Shown here: positions 17,732-29,457 of the stretch, piece after piece
How the letters are laid out: each line of letters starts with the position of its first letter
How positions within the stretch are numbered: the first letter of the stretch is position 1
Assembly (NCBI GenBank): GCA_964483315.1
Contig: CAZAAL010000001.1
Location: 274,733 to 338,732, forward strand
Direction: 5' to 3'
DNA length: 64,000 nt
DNA from: an uncultured Candidatus Saccharibacteria bacterium
GTDB taxonomy: Bacteria > Patescibacteriota > Saccharimonadia > Saccharimonadales > UBA10212
Program-made: the position numbers and the translations under genes
Notes under the pieces: model-generated
The model's database searches: none
Told to the model about the DNA's origin: nothing
The model's input: only the letters and a program-made list of their open reading frames with translations

Positions 17732-18505
17732 ATGGAATTTGTTGATACGCATGCTCATGCTCATTTTGATAATTATGGCGATGATGCTTTGGCAATGCTT
17801 TTACGTGCCCAAAAGGTGGGTGTTAAAAAAATCATAACTGTTGGTGTTAGTGTTGAAGACAGCAAAAGAGCAGTTAATTTTGCTCAAAAATATGATGGTG
17901 TGTGGGCAAGTGTTGGGGCGCATCCGCACGACGGAGCAGATTTTATGGATGACGCACTAAAATCGATTGAGCAGTTGAAGCAACTTGTTGACGAACCAAA
18001 AGTAGTAGCAATTGGCGAAATTGGGCTAGATTACTACCATGATCATGCTGACAGGCAATTGCAAAAACAGGCACTAAAAGCTCAATTACAGTTTGCAAAA
18101 AGTACTCAAAAACCTGTAATTTTTCATGTTCGCGATGCTTGGGATGATTTTTGGCAAGTTTATGATGAGTTTGCTCCACTAAAAGGGGTAGTCCATAGTT
18201 TTAGTGCTGGCAAAAAACAATTAAATGCTTGTATAGAACGCGGATTATATGTTGCCCTGAACGGCATTATGACTTTTACACGTGATCAAGCACAGCTAGA
18301 ATCAGCCAAAGCAGTTCCAAACGATAAACTTTTACTTGAAACAGATGCACCATTCTTGACACCAGCACCGTTTCGTGGTAAAATGTGTGAGGTTAAGCAT
18401 GTAGTGGATACAGCGGAATTTTTATCAACTCTTCGCCGTCAATCTCTTGAAGAGTTGGCCGCAACCACTACGTCAAATGCCCAAAATCTATTTGGGCTAG
18501 AATAA
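17732..18505 (+). CDS. tatD: TatD-family metal-dependent DNase/hydrolase
   Basis: FVDTHAHAHFD, IGEIGLDYYH, IFHVRDA and LLLETDAPFL. The alternative GTG at 17723 would overlap metG. Confidence 0.9.
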   Translation: MEFVDTHAHAHFDNYGDDALAMLLRAQKVGVKKIITVGVSVEDSKRAVNFAQKYDGVWASVGAHPHDGADFMDDALKSIEQLKQLVDEPKVVAIGEIGLDYYHDHADRQLQKQALKAQLQFAKSTQKPVIFHVRDAWDDFWQVYDEFAPLKGVVHSFSAGKKQLNACIERGLYVALNGIMTFTRDQAQLESAKAVPNDKLLLETDAPFLTPAPFRGKMCEVKHVVDTAEFLSTLRRQSLEELAATTTSNAQNLFGLE

Positions 18506-18530
18506 TTGCCCCAAGAAGGAGTATATAAAG

Positions 18531-18848
18531 TTGTCAAACAGAAGCAATTTTAACCTGCCAAGAACTTTTGGCCCGCGAACAGAAGTGGGTGAAGTTGTTA
18601 GACTGATCTCTAGCGAAAGAGCGGAGGTTATTACTGATGCAGTTAACAACTTTTTTCGGTCGGTTGAGGGCAATTTATCAAAACCCAATACAACCCCAAC
18701 TACTCGAGTAGATAATTTGTTTATAAAATCACCGCAACCTGATGATCAGCCAATAGTTGGATCGGATCATGTATCTTCGGCAAGGCAGTCAGTTGAGCAA
18801 GCTTTTATGATTCCAGATGACACAGTTGAGGAGGATAAAAATGCTTAA
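18531..18848 (+). CDS. hypothetical protein
   Basis: TTG start preceded by AAGGAG. No domain recognised. Confidence 0.4.
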   Translation: MSNRSNFNLPRTFGPRTEVGEVVRLISSERAEVITDAVNNFFRSVEGNLSKPNTTPTTRVDNLFIKSPQPDDQPIVGSDHVSSARQSVEQAFMIPDDTVEEDKNA

Positions 18849-19230
18849 AAATCCAATCAGTTATATTATGAATTCGGCAAAAAGCGAGGTAAAACTACGA
18901 ACCGATTTACATCGGGCTATGCTAAGACGTGAGGCTGATTTGGGCGGTAGACTTTTTGGCGAAATCGAAGACGGCAGGCGACGTGAATTCTTTTGCCTTG
19001 ATGCCTACACTTGGGTATGGCATGAAGAGTGGAAGGACGAAAATGGGCATCAGCATATTCAAACTACTCGCTATGATGTTAGATTAGACGGTATTTACAA
19101 ATCGCAAGAGGGAATCGGTTATAAAAAAATATCGGCTGTCGAAGCAAAAAACATGAAACGAGCTGTTGAGTTATATTTGAGCCATGTGGCCGGTCCATTA
19201 TACGGCCAAAATGGTCAGTTAGCCGTATAA
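18841..19230 (+). CDS. hypothetical protein
   Basis: ATG at 18841 preceded by GAGGAGGATAAAA. No domain recognised. Confidence 0.5.
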   Translation: MLKNPISYIMNSAKSEVKLRTDLHRAMLRREADLGGRLFGEIEDGRRREFFCLDAYTWVWHEEWKDENGHQHIQTTRYDVRLDGIYKSQEGIGYKKISAVEAKNMKRAVELYLSHVAGPLYGQNGQLAV

Positions 19231-19242
19231 TTTAGTTAGTAA

Positions 19243-20409
19243 ATGGTCAAACAAGTGAATAGTAAGCGTATTTATTTAGATTATGCTTCGGCTACACCAT
19301 TGGATAGTCGGGTTCTTAAGGAAATGTCGCCATTTTGGAGCGATATTTTTTATAATGCCTCGGCAACTTATTCTGATGGTAGGCTGGCAAAATCAGAATT
19401 AGATACGGCTAGGCAAAAAGTAGCAAAAATTTTAGGTGCTAGGCCCCCTGAGATAATTTTTACAAGCGGCGGTAGTGAGTCAAACAATCTAGCCATTAAT
19501 GGGATAATGAGCCTGCATCCTGGTTGTAATTGCTTAGTATTGGCAGTTGAGCATGATTCGGTAATTAAGCCAGCTAACAATTATCAACACAAGCTTATTG
19601 CCGTTGATGAAGTTGGCCGAATAAACCTAACGAATCTACAAAAATCAATAGATGATAAAACGGTTTTAGTTAGTGTGCAGTTTGCTAATAATGAAATTGG
19701 TACAATCCAACCTCTAAAAGATATTTCAGAAATAATTAAAACAGTTAATCACCAGCGCCAAAAGGCTGGTTTAGATTTACCTTTGTATTTTCACAGTGAT
19801 GCTTGCCAGGCAGTAAATTACCTAGATACCAATGTTAATCGCCTGGGTGTTGACTTAATGAGTTTAAATGGCGGTAAAATGTACGGGCCTAAGGGCAGTG
19901 GGATGTTGTTTATCAAAACAGGAACAAAGCTTAAATCGCTAATAGAGGGCGGTGGTCAAGAATTTAATCTACGAAGTGGCACTGAAAATTTAGCCATGGC
20001 CATAGGATTTGCCAGCGCACTCGAAATTACGACCGCTAAACGCCAAAGTGAATCAAAAAGGATGCTTGAGCTTACTAAATTGTTTACAGAATTATTGCAG
20101 GAGCATAAAATCAAATACACTCTTAACGGCCCTAAAAACAATCGTTTGCCGAATAATTTGCATCTAGCTTTTGATGGCGTAGATAACGAGCGTTTGTTAA
20201 TAAGGCTTGATCTAGCCGGCGTATCAGCAAGTGCTGGTAGTGCCTGTAGCGCGTCTAGTTCAGAACCATCGCATGTACTTAGTGCAATCGGCCAAACTGA
20301 GGCACAAGCCAAGAGCAGTATAAGATTTAGTTTTGGCAGACAAACTACTCCCGCAGAACTTAAAATTGCCGTTAAAAAACTAGCTTTAGCACTAGATAAA
20401 GAACATTAG
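19243..20409 (+). CDS. cysteine desulfurase (class V aminotransferase, NifS/IscS-like)
   Basis: IYLDYASATP, TSGGSESNN, HSDACQA, PLP-lysine region NGGKMYGPKGSG, RSGTENL and active-site SAGSACSA. Confidence 0.85.
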   Translation: MVKQVNSKRIYLDYASATPLDSRVLKEMSPFWSDIFYNASATYSDGRLAKSELDTARQKVAKILGARPPEIIFTSGGSESNNLAINGIMSLHPGCNCLVLAVEHDSVIKPANNYQHKLIAVDEVGRINLTNLQKSIDDKTVLVSVQFANNEIGTIQPLKDISEIIKTVNHQRQKAGLDLPLYFHSDACQAVNYLDTNVNRLGVDLMSLNGGKMYGPKGSGMLFIKTGTKLKSLIEGGGQEFNLRSGTENLAMAIGFASALEITTAKRQSESKRMLELTKLFTELLQEHKIKYTLNGPKNNRLPNNLHLAFDGVDNERLLIRLDLAGVSASAGSACSASSSEPSHVLSAIGQTEAQAKSSIRFSFGRQTTPAELKIAVKKLALALDKEH

Positions 20410-20445
20410 TTTTTTATAAACATTAGCGGTATAATTTTACCTAGT

Positions 20446-21285
20446 ATGCATCGGTTGACGATTCATCCGAGATTTTTTTCTGTTAAGAGACTGCTCTTAG
20501 TATTTTTAGCTATTGGCTTATTTGTATTCAGTCTGTTGCCAAGTTTAGCTTTTAGCCAAGTTGATACATCGTTTGTGGTTGGCTATTCATCTGACAAACC
20601 GCTCGAAAAGGGTCGGATTGTAAAACTAGATGAAAAAGATTCAAAAAAAGTTGAGCCAGTTCCCTATAATCAACCAGATAAAATCTATGGTGTTGTTGTT
20701 GACCCAAATGATGCACCCGTGACACTAACTCGTGAAGGAGAGCAGGTTTTTGTAGCAACAGGCGGGAAACACGAGGTTTTAGTTAGTGTAGAAAACGGTG
20801 TTATAAATGTCGGCGACTACTTATCGCTATCGCGCTCCGATGGGATTGCCGCTAAAGCCACTGATAGACAGGACTATATTCTAGGCAAAGCGCTTACTGG
20901 CTTTGATGGCCGAACCGGGGTTATCTTAACTTCTGACAATGGATCCGGGATTGCAAGAATTGTGGCAGACATTTCAGTGAGTCGAAACCCAATAAGAAGA
21001 ATTGACGTTAACTTTTTACCACAGTTTTTACAAAAAACAGCCGAAGGCATTGCCGGAAAACCAGTAAATATGACTCGGGTTTATGTATCTCTGGGCATCT
21101 TAGTTGTTACAGGTTTAATAGCTGGTAGTTTGTTATATGGAGGTGTTAAATCGGCAATTATATCGATCGGCCGTAACCCACTTAGTAAAAAAAGTATCAT
21201 TCGTGGGTTGTTCCAGGTGGTGATTGTCAGTTTAATCATTTTCCTTACAGGCATTTTTGCGGTATATTTACTACTAAGGTTATAA
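20446..21285 (+). CDS. secreted beta-rich domain fused to an ATP synthase c-subunit-like helical hairpin (no membrane carboxylate)
   Basis: Signal peptide, then a ~170-aa domain, then two TM helices joined by the loop GRNPLSKK. An internal Met at 21070 would give a 71-aa c-sized product. First gene of the atp operon, and leaderless (TATAAT 20430-20435). Confidence 0.55.
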   Translation: MHRLTIHPRFFSVKRLLLVFLAIGLFVFSLLPSLAFSQVDTSFVVGYSSDKPLEKGRIVKLDEKDSKKVEPVPYNQPDKIYGVVVDPNDAPVTLTREGEQVFVATGGKHEVLVSVENGVINVGDYLSLSRSDGIAAKATDRQDYILGKALTGFDGRTGVILTSDNGSGIARIVADISVSRNPIRRIDVNFLPQFLQKTAEGIAGKPVNMTRVYVSLGILVVTGLIAGSLLYGGVKSAIISIGRNPLSKKSIIRGLFQVVIVSLIIFLTGIFAVYLLLRL

Positions 21286-21295
21286 GAGAAAAAAT

Positions 21296-21922
21296 ATGAA
21301 CACGGGTGGGCTAATTTTAGTAATCGGATCACTACTAGCAGCGACTGGTTCGTTTATATATCTAGCATTTAAGATAAGTGATACCAAAGCACCCCAAAAA
21401 GAAGAAGAGGGTCAAGAAGCTTATGAAGAAGGCGCCAAAAAAGATGTTGAGCATATTTTTGACGATGAATTCCGTGAAGAGTTGCGCAACCGGGGTAGGT
21501 TACACTTTGAAAAAATCATTGGTGAAAACGCTATGTTTTTACAACAGGATTTGCGTCAAACGACCTCACAGCTTAATGATTACATGCGCTCCGAGATAAC
21601 AAAGACTCTGCAAGATGAATTTAAAAAATACGAACAATCTATAACCGATGCCAAGCAGATGGCTTTGGATAGTATTGAAAAGACTCGCTCCACAATTGAA
21701 CAACAACGTGAAGTGCTAGAACAACAAATGCAAACCGAGATTGATACTGAAAAAGCACGAATTGTCGGTAGATTCGAAGAAGAGATGGCCAGTATCGTTA
21801 ATCACTATGTTTTAAGAGCAATCGGTAGCCAAATCGATTTAACAGATCAACTTGACTATATACTTTCTGAGCTAGAGACAAATAAGGAAGCGATACTAGA
21901 GGACGTTAAGCGTGGAACTTAA
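21296..21922 (+). CDS. atpF: F-type ATPase subunit b-like (one TM helix plus long coiled coil)
   Basis: N-terminal TM helix (LILVIGSLLAATGSFIYLAF), charged helical remainder, and position upstream of delta/alpha. Confidence 0.6.
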   Translation: MNTGGLILVIGSLLAATGSFIYLAFKISDTKAPQKEEEGQEAYEEGAKKDVEHIFDDEFREELRNRGRLHFEKIIGENAMFLQQDLRQTTSQLNDYMRSEITKTLQDEFKKYEQSITDAKQMALDSIEKTRSTIEQQREVLEQQMQTEIDTEKARIVGRFEEEMASIVNHYVLRAIGSQIDLTDQLDYILSELETNKEAILEDVKRGT

Positions 21923-22397
21923 ATTGCCACTGACTGTTGTTAGCAAGGTTGATGTTGCGAAATTGATGCGCGAAATTATCGCACTAAATGATTTTTTGGT
22001 AGGTGCTTCAAATCGTACACCCGGCGAACCGGTGCAACTTCCAAAAGTTAGCCGGTCACTAGAACAGACTGCTTCTGAAAATCAACTAAACCTAATTGAT
22101 GAAAACCAACGCAAAGAACTTTACTCAAAATTAAGTTCCGTAATGAATAAAAGCCCACAAATTCATATGAGTTTTGCATCAGAACCTTCAGCTAAGGCGG
22201 TATCACGACTTCTTGAATGGCTTAGGAACAACATCGATACCCATACACTGCTTCAGATTGGGCTTCAACCAAATATAGCTGCCGGTGCCGTAGTTAGAAC
22301 ACCCAATTTATTTTTTGATTTAAGCCTTAGGCATTATTTAAAACAACAAGAGCCTTATCTTGCTCAGCTGTTGCGAGGGGAGAACCCAAGTGAATAA
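21912..22397 (+). CDS. atpH: F-type ATPase subunit delta (OSCP)-like
   Basis: GTG start. The C-terminal [30 protein letters not shown] matches the delta C-terminal pattern (..liGG.vv..g....D.S....L). Position supports the call. Confidence 0.55.
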   Translation: MELKLPLTVVSKVDVAKLMREIIALNDFLVGASNRTPGEPVQLPKVSRSLEQTASENQLNLIDENQRKELYSKLSSVMNKSPQIHMSFASEPSAKAVSRLLEWLRNNIDTHTLLQIGLQPNIAAGAVVRTPNLFFDLSLRHYLKQQEPYLAQLLRGENPSE

Positions 22398-23816
22398 TGA
22401 TAATGCTCATTTTCAAAAATTTGTCGAAAATGGTAATCCTGTTGGCGAAGTAATTGCCGTAAATACATTTTTGGTTAGAATCAAAGGTCTACAGCCGGTT
22501 ACCGTTCATGCCTTGGTAATGTTTGAAGATGGGTCAAAAGGCTTTGTGCGCGATGTACTTGAAGACAGCGTGCTAGTCCTGCATCTTGGAGCACAAACTC
22601 TAAGAGTTGGCATGACTGCGGTGCTGCAACACGACAAACTGGTCGCCAAAGTTGGTAAAGATTTTATTGGCAGGGTTGTTTCAGTTACTGGCGAACCGCT
22701 TGATGGTCGTGGACCTATCGCTGCCGACAGCATTTGGCCAGTATTTAACACTGCACCACCAATCTATGAACGCGAGATGCTAAGTGATCAGTTAGAGTCA
22801 GGTGTTTTGGTAATCGATTCGCTTCTGCCAATTGTGCGTGGGCAGCGTATGGCACTTTTGGGTGATAACAAAAGTGGTAAAAGTACCCTAGCAACTCAGC
22901 TAGCTTTAAATCAGCGGAATACCGATCAGGTTGTTGTGTATGTTTTGATCGCCAAACGTCGTAGCGATGTTGATATGCTTTTGACAAGACTTGGCGAAAG
23001 TGATGCTTTAAAAAAAGCAATAGTTGTTGTATCTACCATGTTTGAATCTTTAGTAATGAGCTACATTGCTCCGTACGTTGGCTGTGCAATGGCTGAATAC
23101 TTATGGCAAGAATGTGATCAAGACAGCATTATTGTTTATGATGATTTGACTTCACACGCACACGCTACACGCGAAATCGCCCTACTTTCCGGCACCAGCC
23201 CGGGTCGTGATAGCTATCCTGGTGATATGTTTTATGCTCACTCGAGCCTTTTAGAGCGTGCTGGGCGCTTACACCGCAACAAAAAACATCTAACATCAAT
23301 TCCGTTAGTTAATGCGTCTGGTGGTGATATCACAGCTTATTTGCCAACCAATATAATGTCGATTACAGACGGGCAATGGATTTTAGATATGGATGTGTTT
23401 AGAACCGGTTTAAGACCAGCCGTAAATATTGGTTTAAGTGTGACTCGTGTTGGTGGAACTGGCCATAACGATCGGCAAAAAAAACTGGCATCTACAACCT
23501 TAAAAACGATGGCTGCTTATCGCCAAGCTCAGGAATTTAGCCACTTTGGTTCTGAGCTTGCTCTGCAGGCTCAAAAAGATATGAGAACCGGTGAGCTAAT
23601 TAACGAAATTTTGAGCCAACAACCGCACGAAACCTATACGCTTATGGCTCAACAATTGATGTTTGATATCGTTTTGAATCTTGGCGATAACGAAACTCTT
23701 GATGTCAAAAAACTAAAATCCCATGTTACGGAGTTTGCTAGTAAAATTACAAAAGAAGAGGAGTACGAGCATATTCGCAATGATCTTAAGGCTAACAGTT
23801 TGGTGGAGCTCAAAAA

Positions 23817-23820
<4 letters not shown>
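22390..23820 (+). CDS. atpA: F-type ATPase subunit alpha (divergent)
   Basis: GTG at 22390 after GAGGGGAG, overlapping the delta stop. [17 protein letters not shown], Walker [20 protein letters not shown] and [22 protein letters not shown]. Confidence 0.85.
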
Positions 23821-25980
<2,160 letters not shown>

Positions 25981-25981
<1 letters not shown>

Positions 25982-26292
25982 TGGCAGAACAAGATTCCAA
26001 ACAGGCTCAAAAATTAGCTGACGATAAAAAGCTCGATAACTCCGATGTGACAATGAGGGTCAGGGTCTATTCGCCATTCAAAGTTTATTTTGACAATGAC
26101 GCTAACAGTATTACAGCTGAAAATGATACCGGTCCTTTTGATATATTGCCACATCACAAAAACTTTATGACGCTAGTTCACCCCTGCGAGCTTGTAATTC
26201 GCACAAAAGGGCAGGAAGATTTTAAGATTCGGATTACCAGGGCGATTATGCACATAAAATCCGACCAAGTCACAGTCTTCCTCGATGTCTAG
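25981..26292 (+). CDS. atpC: F-type ATPase subunit epsilon (beta-sandwich only, no C-terminal helical domain)
   Basis: GPFDILPHHKNFMTLV matches the G.iLp.H.p motif. The protein is 103 aa with a 24-aa N-terminal extension and ends right after the beta-sandwich. Confidence 0.7.
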
Positions 26293-26656
26293 CCTATGAG
26301 AAACCCCTTCGGGAGGTTTCTCATCGGAGCTTCCGAAATAAATTCGGATTCGCCAGCTGGCGAACCGCTCCTGCTCTTCCCGATGCAAAAAGCATCTTTC
26401 TTGAATTATTCAGCACTCTCAAAAACAGATTAATTTATAAGTGAGCAATAAGCAGAATCGAGGACTTGCTTGAACGATAGTGAGCTCCGCAGATTCACTT
26501 AATTGTGAACGAGATAAATTAAGTATAGTTTTTGAGCCGTGCTGGGAGTTTTGTTGAACTTTTGCGACCAAAAGTTCACCCCGTTCGGGAAGAACATTGA
26601 TTGGTGCAACCTATGCCGTCAAAGGTTGCAAAAAAGTTTGGTACTTTTAAAACTAC

Positions 26657-27625
26657 TTAATTAAAAACTATGTAATCGAATGAGAACGAAGTTTGAGCTG
26701 GGGGTGCATTAGTAGTACAGACTGAAAAACTTGAAGCGCTACGGTTTACGTAATAATTTAATCCAGCTGCTCCGGAACCAACCGGTGATATAACAACACT
26801 TGGGTTACCGTTGTAAGCCTGTACAAACGTTACTGTAACAAAACAACCAGCCGGCGGGCCTGAACCAGTGTTGATTGTAATTGTACCGGCGGCGTCTGAT
26901 CCGCTTACAGATACAGTTCCACCACCACCAAGTGCTGTACCATTCGACTTACCAGGCACCGGTCCATTGGCATCAATATGTTTGCTAATAATTAGGTTAT
27001 TGCCAATCTGAAGATTTTGAATATTTAATGCAGATGCGGATATTGTGCCACCGAAGGTAGCATTACCACTAACTGTTAAATCTTGCTGAACAGTAAGTGT
27101 TCCTTGAATAGCGGTGTTGCCACTAATAGCAAGATTATTAATCTTAACTTCATCAAAACTACTCGAACCACTGACTGTAATACCTGGCAATGCCAAAGCG
27201 CCACCCACTCTAATTGTGCCTGCTACATCTAAGCTATCCCTAACCAGCACTTTACCTGCGAATATTGCATTGCTTTCAACGTTTAAAACTTGTTTAGGGT
27301 CACCAACAGTTGTCGAACTATTTTTTAAAGCATCAAGTTGCTCGTTGGTTAGGGTAGTTGGTGAGTTATCTTGAGCATTTTCCTTTTGGCTGCCTCGGTA
27401 CCCAATAAATGCAATAAACCCAGCGATTAAAAGTATTAAAATAAAAAACAAAAAGTAAATATTTAACTTGCCATAGATACGCTTAAAAATGTTACCTTTT
27501 TTGGCTTTTTTTGCTTCATCTTCTGCAACTTTAGCGGTTGCTTGTTGGTTTGAAGCATCAGTTCCGTCAAGGCTCTCGGTAGTAGAGCTTGTAGGTTCAG
27601 CAGATTTCTTATCTTTGTCTTCCAT
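26657..27625 (-). CDS. TM-anchored surface protein with beta-helix-like repeats
   Basis: Acidic N-terminus, TM helix (IYFLFFILILLIAGFIAFIGY), then repetitive G/T/S/N-rich strands (AGTIRVGGALALPGITVSGSS...ISGNTAIQGTLTVQQDLTVSGNATFGGTISA). Confidence 0.6.
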   Translation of the reverse strand: MEDKDKKSAEPTSSTTESLDGTDASNQQATAKVAEDEAKKAKKGNIFKRIYGKLNIYFLFFILILLIAGFIAFIGYRGSQKENAQDNSPTTLTNEQLDALKNSSTTVGDPKQVLNVESNAIFAGKVLVRDSLDVAGTIRVGGALALPGITVSGSSSFDEVKINNLAISGNTAIQGTLTVQQDLTVSGNATFGGTISASALNIQNLQIGNNLIISKHIDANGPVPGKSNGTALGGGGTVSVSGSDAAGTITINTGSGPPAGCFVTVTFVQAYNGNPSVVISPVGSGAAGLNYYVNRSASSFSVCTTNAPPAQTSFSFDYIVFN

Positions 27626-27861
27626 TTTCCACCAAAATATTTAGTCGCACTTAAGAGATATCATACTAAAAAAACCAAAAAACATAAACACTTTCTTGAC
27701 ATTTTGATTTTTTTGCCCACAATATGGATTGTGTAGTGCTGTAACTCGCAGGAGGCACACAGTTGGCCACACAAAAAAATATTCAAAAAAACAGATTAGA
27801 ACGTTATTCCTCAGGATCCCTGGGTGTTGTTCTATGGCTTAATCGCGCAGAGCCAGATTAA

Positions 27862-28539
27862 ATGTCTAAGTATTATTACAAGTGGAGATTACAAAAAAGA
27901 GTCCATAAGTGGGAAAGGGCTCATAAAAGCCTGCTTATAACAGGTGGTTTTTTGCTATTGATTGGCAGCATGGCCGGAGTTTATTTATGGCAACAGACTA
28001 ACATTAAACAGGCTCCCGCGGTGATAACACCTGTAAAGCTTGGTACATATGCAGGGACACCGGTTAAAGAGTATATGAATGAGACTTTTAGTTTTAAAAC
28101 TACAACCGAATGGCAATTTATAAGAGAAAATTCAACTCCCCCACAAAAGTATGTCTATTACAATCACATTGATAATATTACTCAGTATGAAATTGTAGTG
28201 TATATTGACGCCATACCAGCCAAACCAGTTGGATTTATTACACCAGTAACCGTTCAGGGCAGTAAAATTATACCAGGCACAACCTCGCCTAGATGTGGCC
28301 AGGACATAAAGATTAGAAACGGCTCAGTGCCAATGATCTATGAAGAGGTAAAGTTTGAATGCGATTTAGTCAATAGTCAAGAAAGATTTGCCGCCGGCGT
28401 ACAAAGGGGTAGTTATTCTATCCCACTTTATGACTCACAAGGTAAGCTCAGGAATATCGGGGTCTATTTTACAGACCACAGTCCAAATTATCGCCCTGAA
28501 ATATTTAATGAATTTTTGGCCAGCTTTAAGCTTCGTTAA
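27862..28539 (+). CDS. hypothetical N-terminally anchored protein
   Basis: Basic N-terminus plus TM helix (LLITGGFLLLIGSMAGVYLW). No domain recognised. Confidence 0.5.
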   Translation: MSKYYYKWRLQKRVHKWERAHKSLLITGGFLLLIGSMAGVYLWQQTNIKQAPAVITPVKLGTYAGTPVKEYMNETFSFKTTTEWQFIRENSTPPQKYVYYNHIDNITQYEIVVYIDAIPAKPVGFITPVTVQGSKIIPGTTSPRCGQDIKIRNGSVPMIYEEVKFECDLVNSQERFAAGVQRGSYSIPLYDSQGKLRNIGVYFTDHSPNYRPEIFNEFLASFKLR

Positions 28540-28568
28540 CAAGTTACTTATGCTATAATTTGTGCCTA

Positions 28569-29339
28569 ATGGGATATCTAAAAATACTGGCCTGCACGCT
28601 GTTTGTATTAACATTGTCTAGTTTGCCAATTGCAGTTTTTGCCCAAAGCACTTCACCAAGCTATAAAGTAGAAGAAAGTTTTTTTGGAACCGGAGGCGAA
28701 CTGGACGCTAGCTCGACTAACTACATTGCCCAACAAAGCGCAGGGGCAAATGCTGCAGGGTTCACATCCAGTGCGAGCTATGATGCAACGGGTGGCTTTT
28801 TAACACAAAATCAGATTTTTTTAGAGATGTTAGTTACGGGTGCAACGGTTAGCTTAGGCACACTTGACCCTAGTGCCTATTCATCCGGCTCAGCTCAGGC
28901 TGGTGGGTGTAACTGCTCATTTTACATTCGATCTTATTTATCATCTGCGTATAGTGTCTTAACGATCAGTAACCCACCTACTAGTGAGGGTGGTGCCATA
29001 CTTGATGCTAAATCTGTAGCAGGCGCACCTTCATCGGACCCTAATGTTGAAGAGTTCGGGATGAATTTGGTTGACAATGCTTCGCCAAATATTGGCGCTA
29101 ATCCAACTAACCAACCAGACAATACCTTTGCTGATGGAAGAGCATCAGCTGGCTACAATACTGCTGATCAATTTAAGTATGTGGTTGGTGATACTATTGC
29201 CCAATCGTCCGCCACAGCCACTAACCCGGCTATTGGTCAAACTAACTATACAATTAGCTATATTGCTAAGCCTTCAAACAATACCGAGGCAGGGTTTTAT
29301 CAGATGGACCAAGTATTGGTAGTAGTGGCCACCTACTAA
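28569..29339 (+). CDS. secreted fibre-subunit-like protein P1 (paralog family with 29458, 31058, 32422)
   Basis: ATG 9 nt after TGcTATAAT (28554-28559). Signal peptide ends ..IAVFA|QS. Shares VSLGTLDPS, EEFGMNLVDNASPNIGA and the C-terminal strand ..GFYQMDQVLVVVATY* with P4. Confidence 0.62.
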   Translation: MGYLKILACTLFVLTLSSLPIAVFAQSTSPSYKVEESFFGTGGELDASSTNYIAQQSAGANAAGFTSSASYDATGGFLTQNQIFLEMLVTGATVSLGTLDPSAYSSGSAQAGGCNCSFYIRSYLSSAYSVLTISNPPTSEGGAILDAKSVAGAPSSDPNVEEFGMNLVDNASPNIGANPTNQPDNTFADGRASAGYNTADQFKYVVGDTIAQSSATATNPAIGQTNYTISYIAKPSNNTEAGFYQMDQVLVVVATY

Positions 29340-29365
29340 CTATCTAAAACCCAGCAAGCCTAATT

Positions 29366-29378
29366 GGCCTGTGGATAA
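29366..29378 (+). promoter_or_regulatory. GGCCTGTGGATAA upstream motif (contains a perfect DnaA-box 9-mer complement TGTGGATAA)
   Basis: Read directly. Located 80 nt upstream of the ATG at 29458 and 5 nt upstream of a TTGCAA-17-TAGTAT promoter (29384-29412). Confidence 0.5.
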
Positions 29379-29457
29379 TTATATTGCAAACCTAAAATGA
29401 TTATGTTAGTATTCGGCTAGGTCAACAAAAACAAAAACAACAATCAGGAGAAAATTA

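Noticed and set aside
26326-26371. A compact three-helix module that looked tRNA-like.
   Set aside because: It is only 46 nt. It has no 7-bp acceptor stem, no T-loop (GTTCRA) and no anticodon-arm geometry. It is treated as part of the structured intergenic region.
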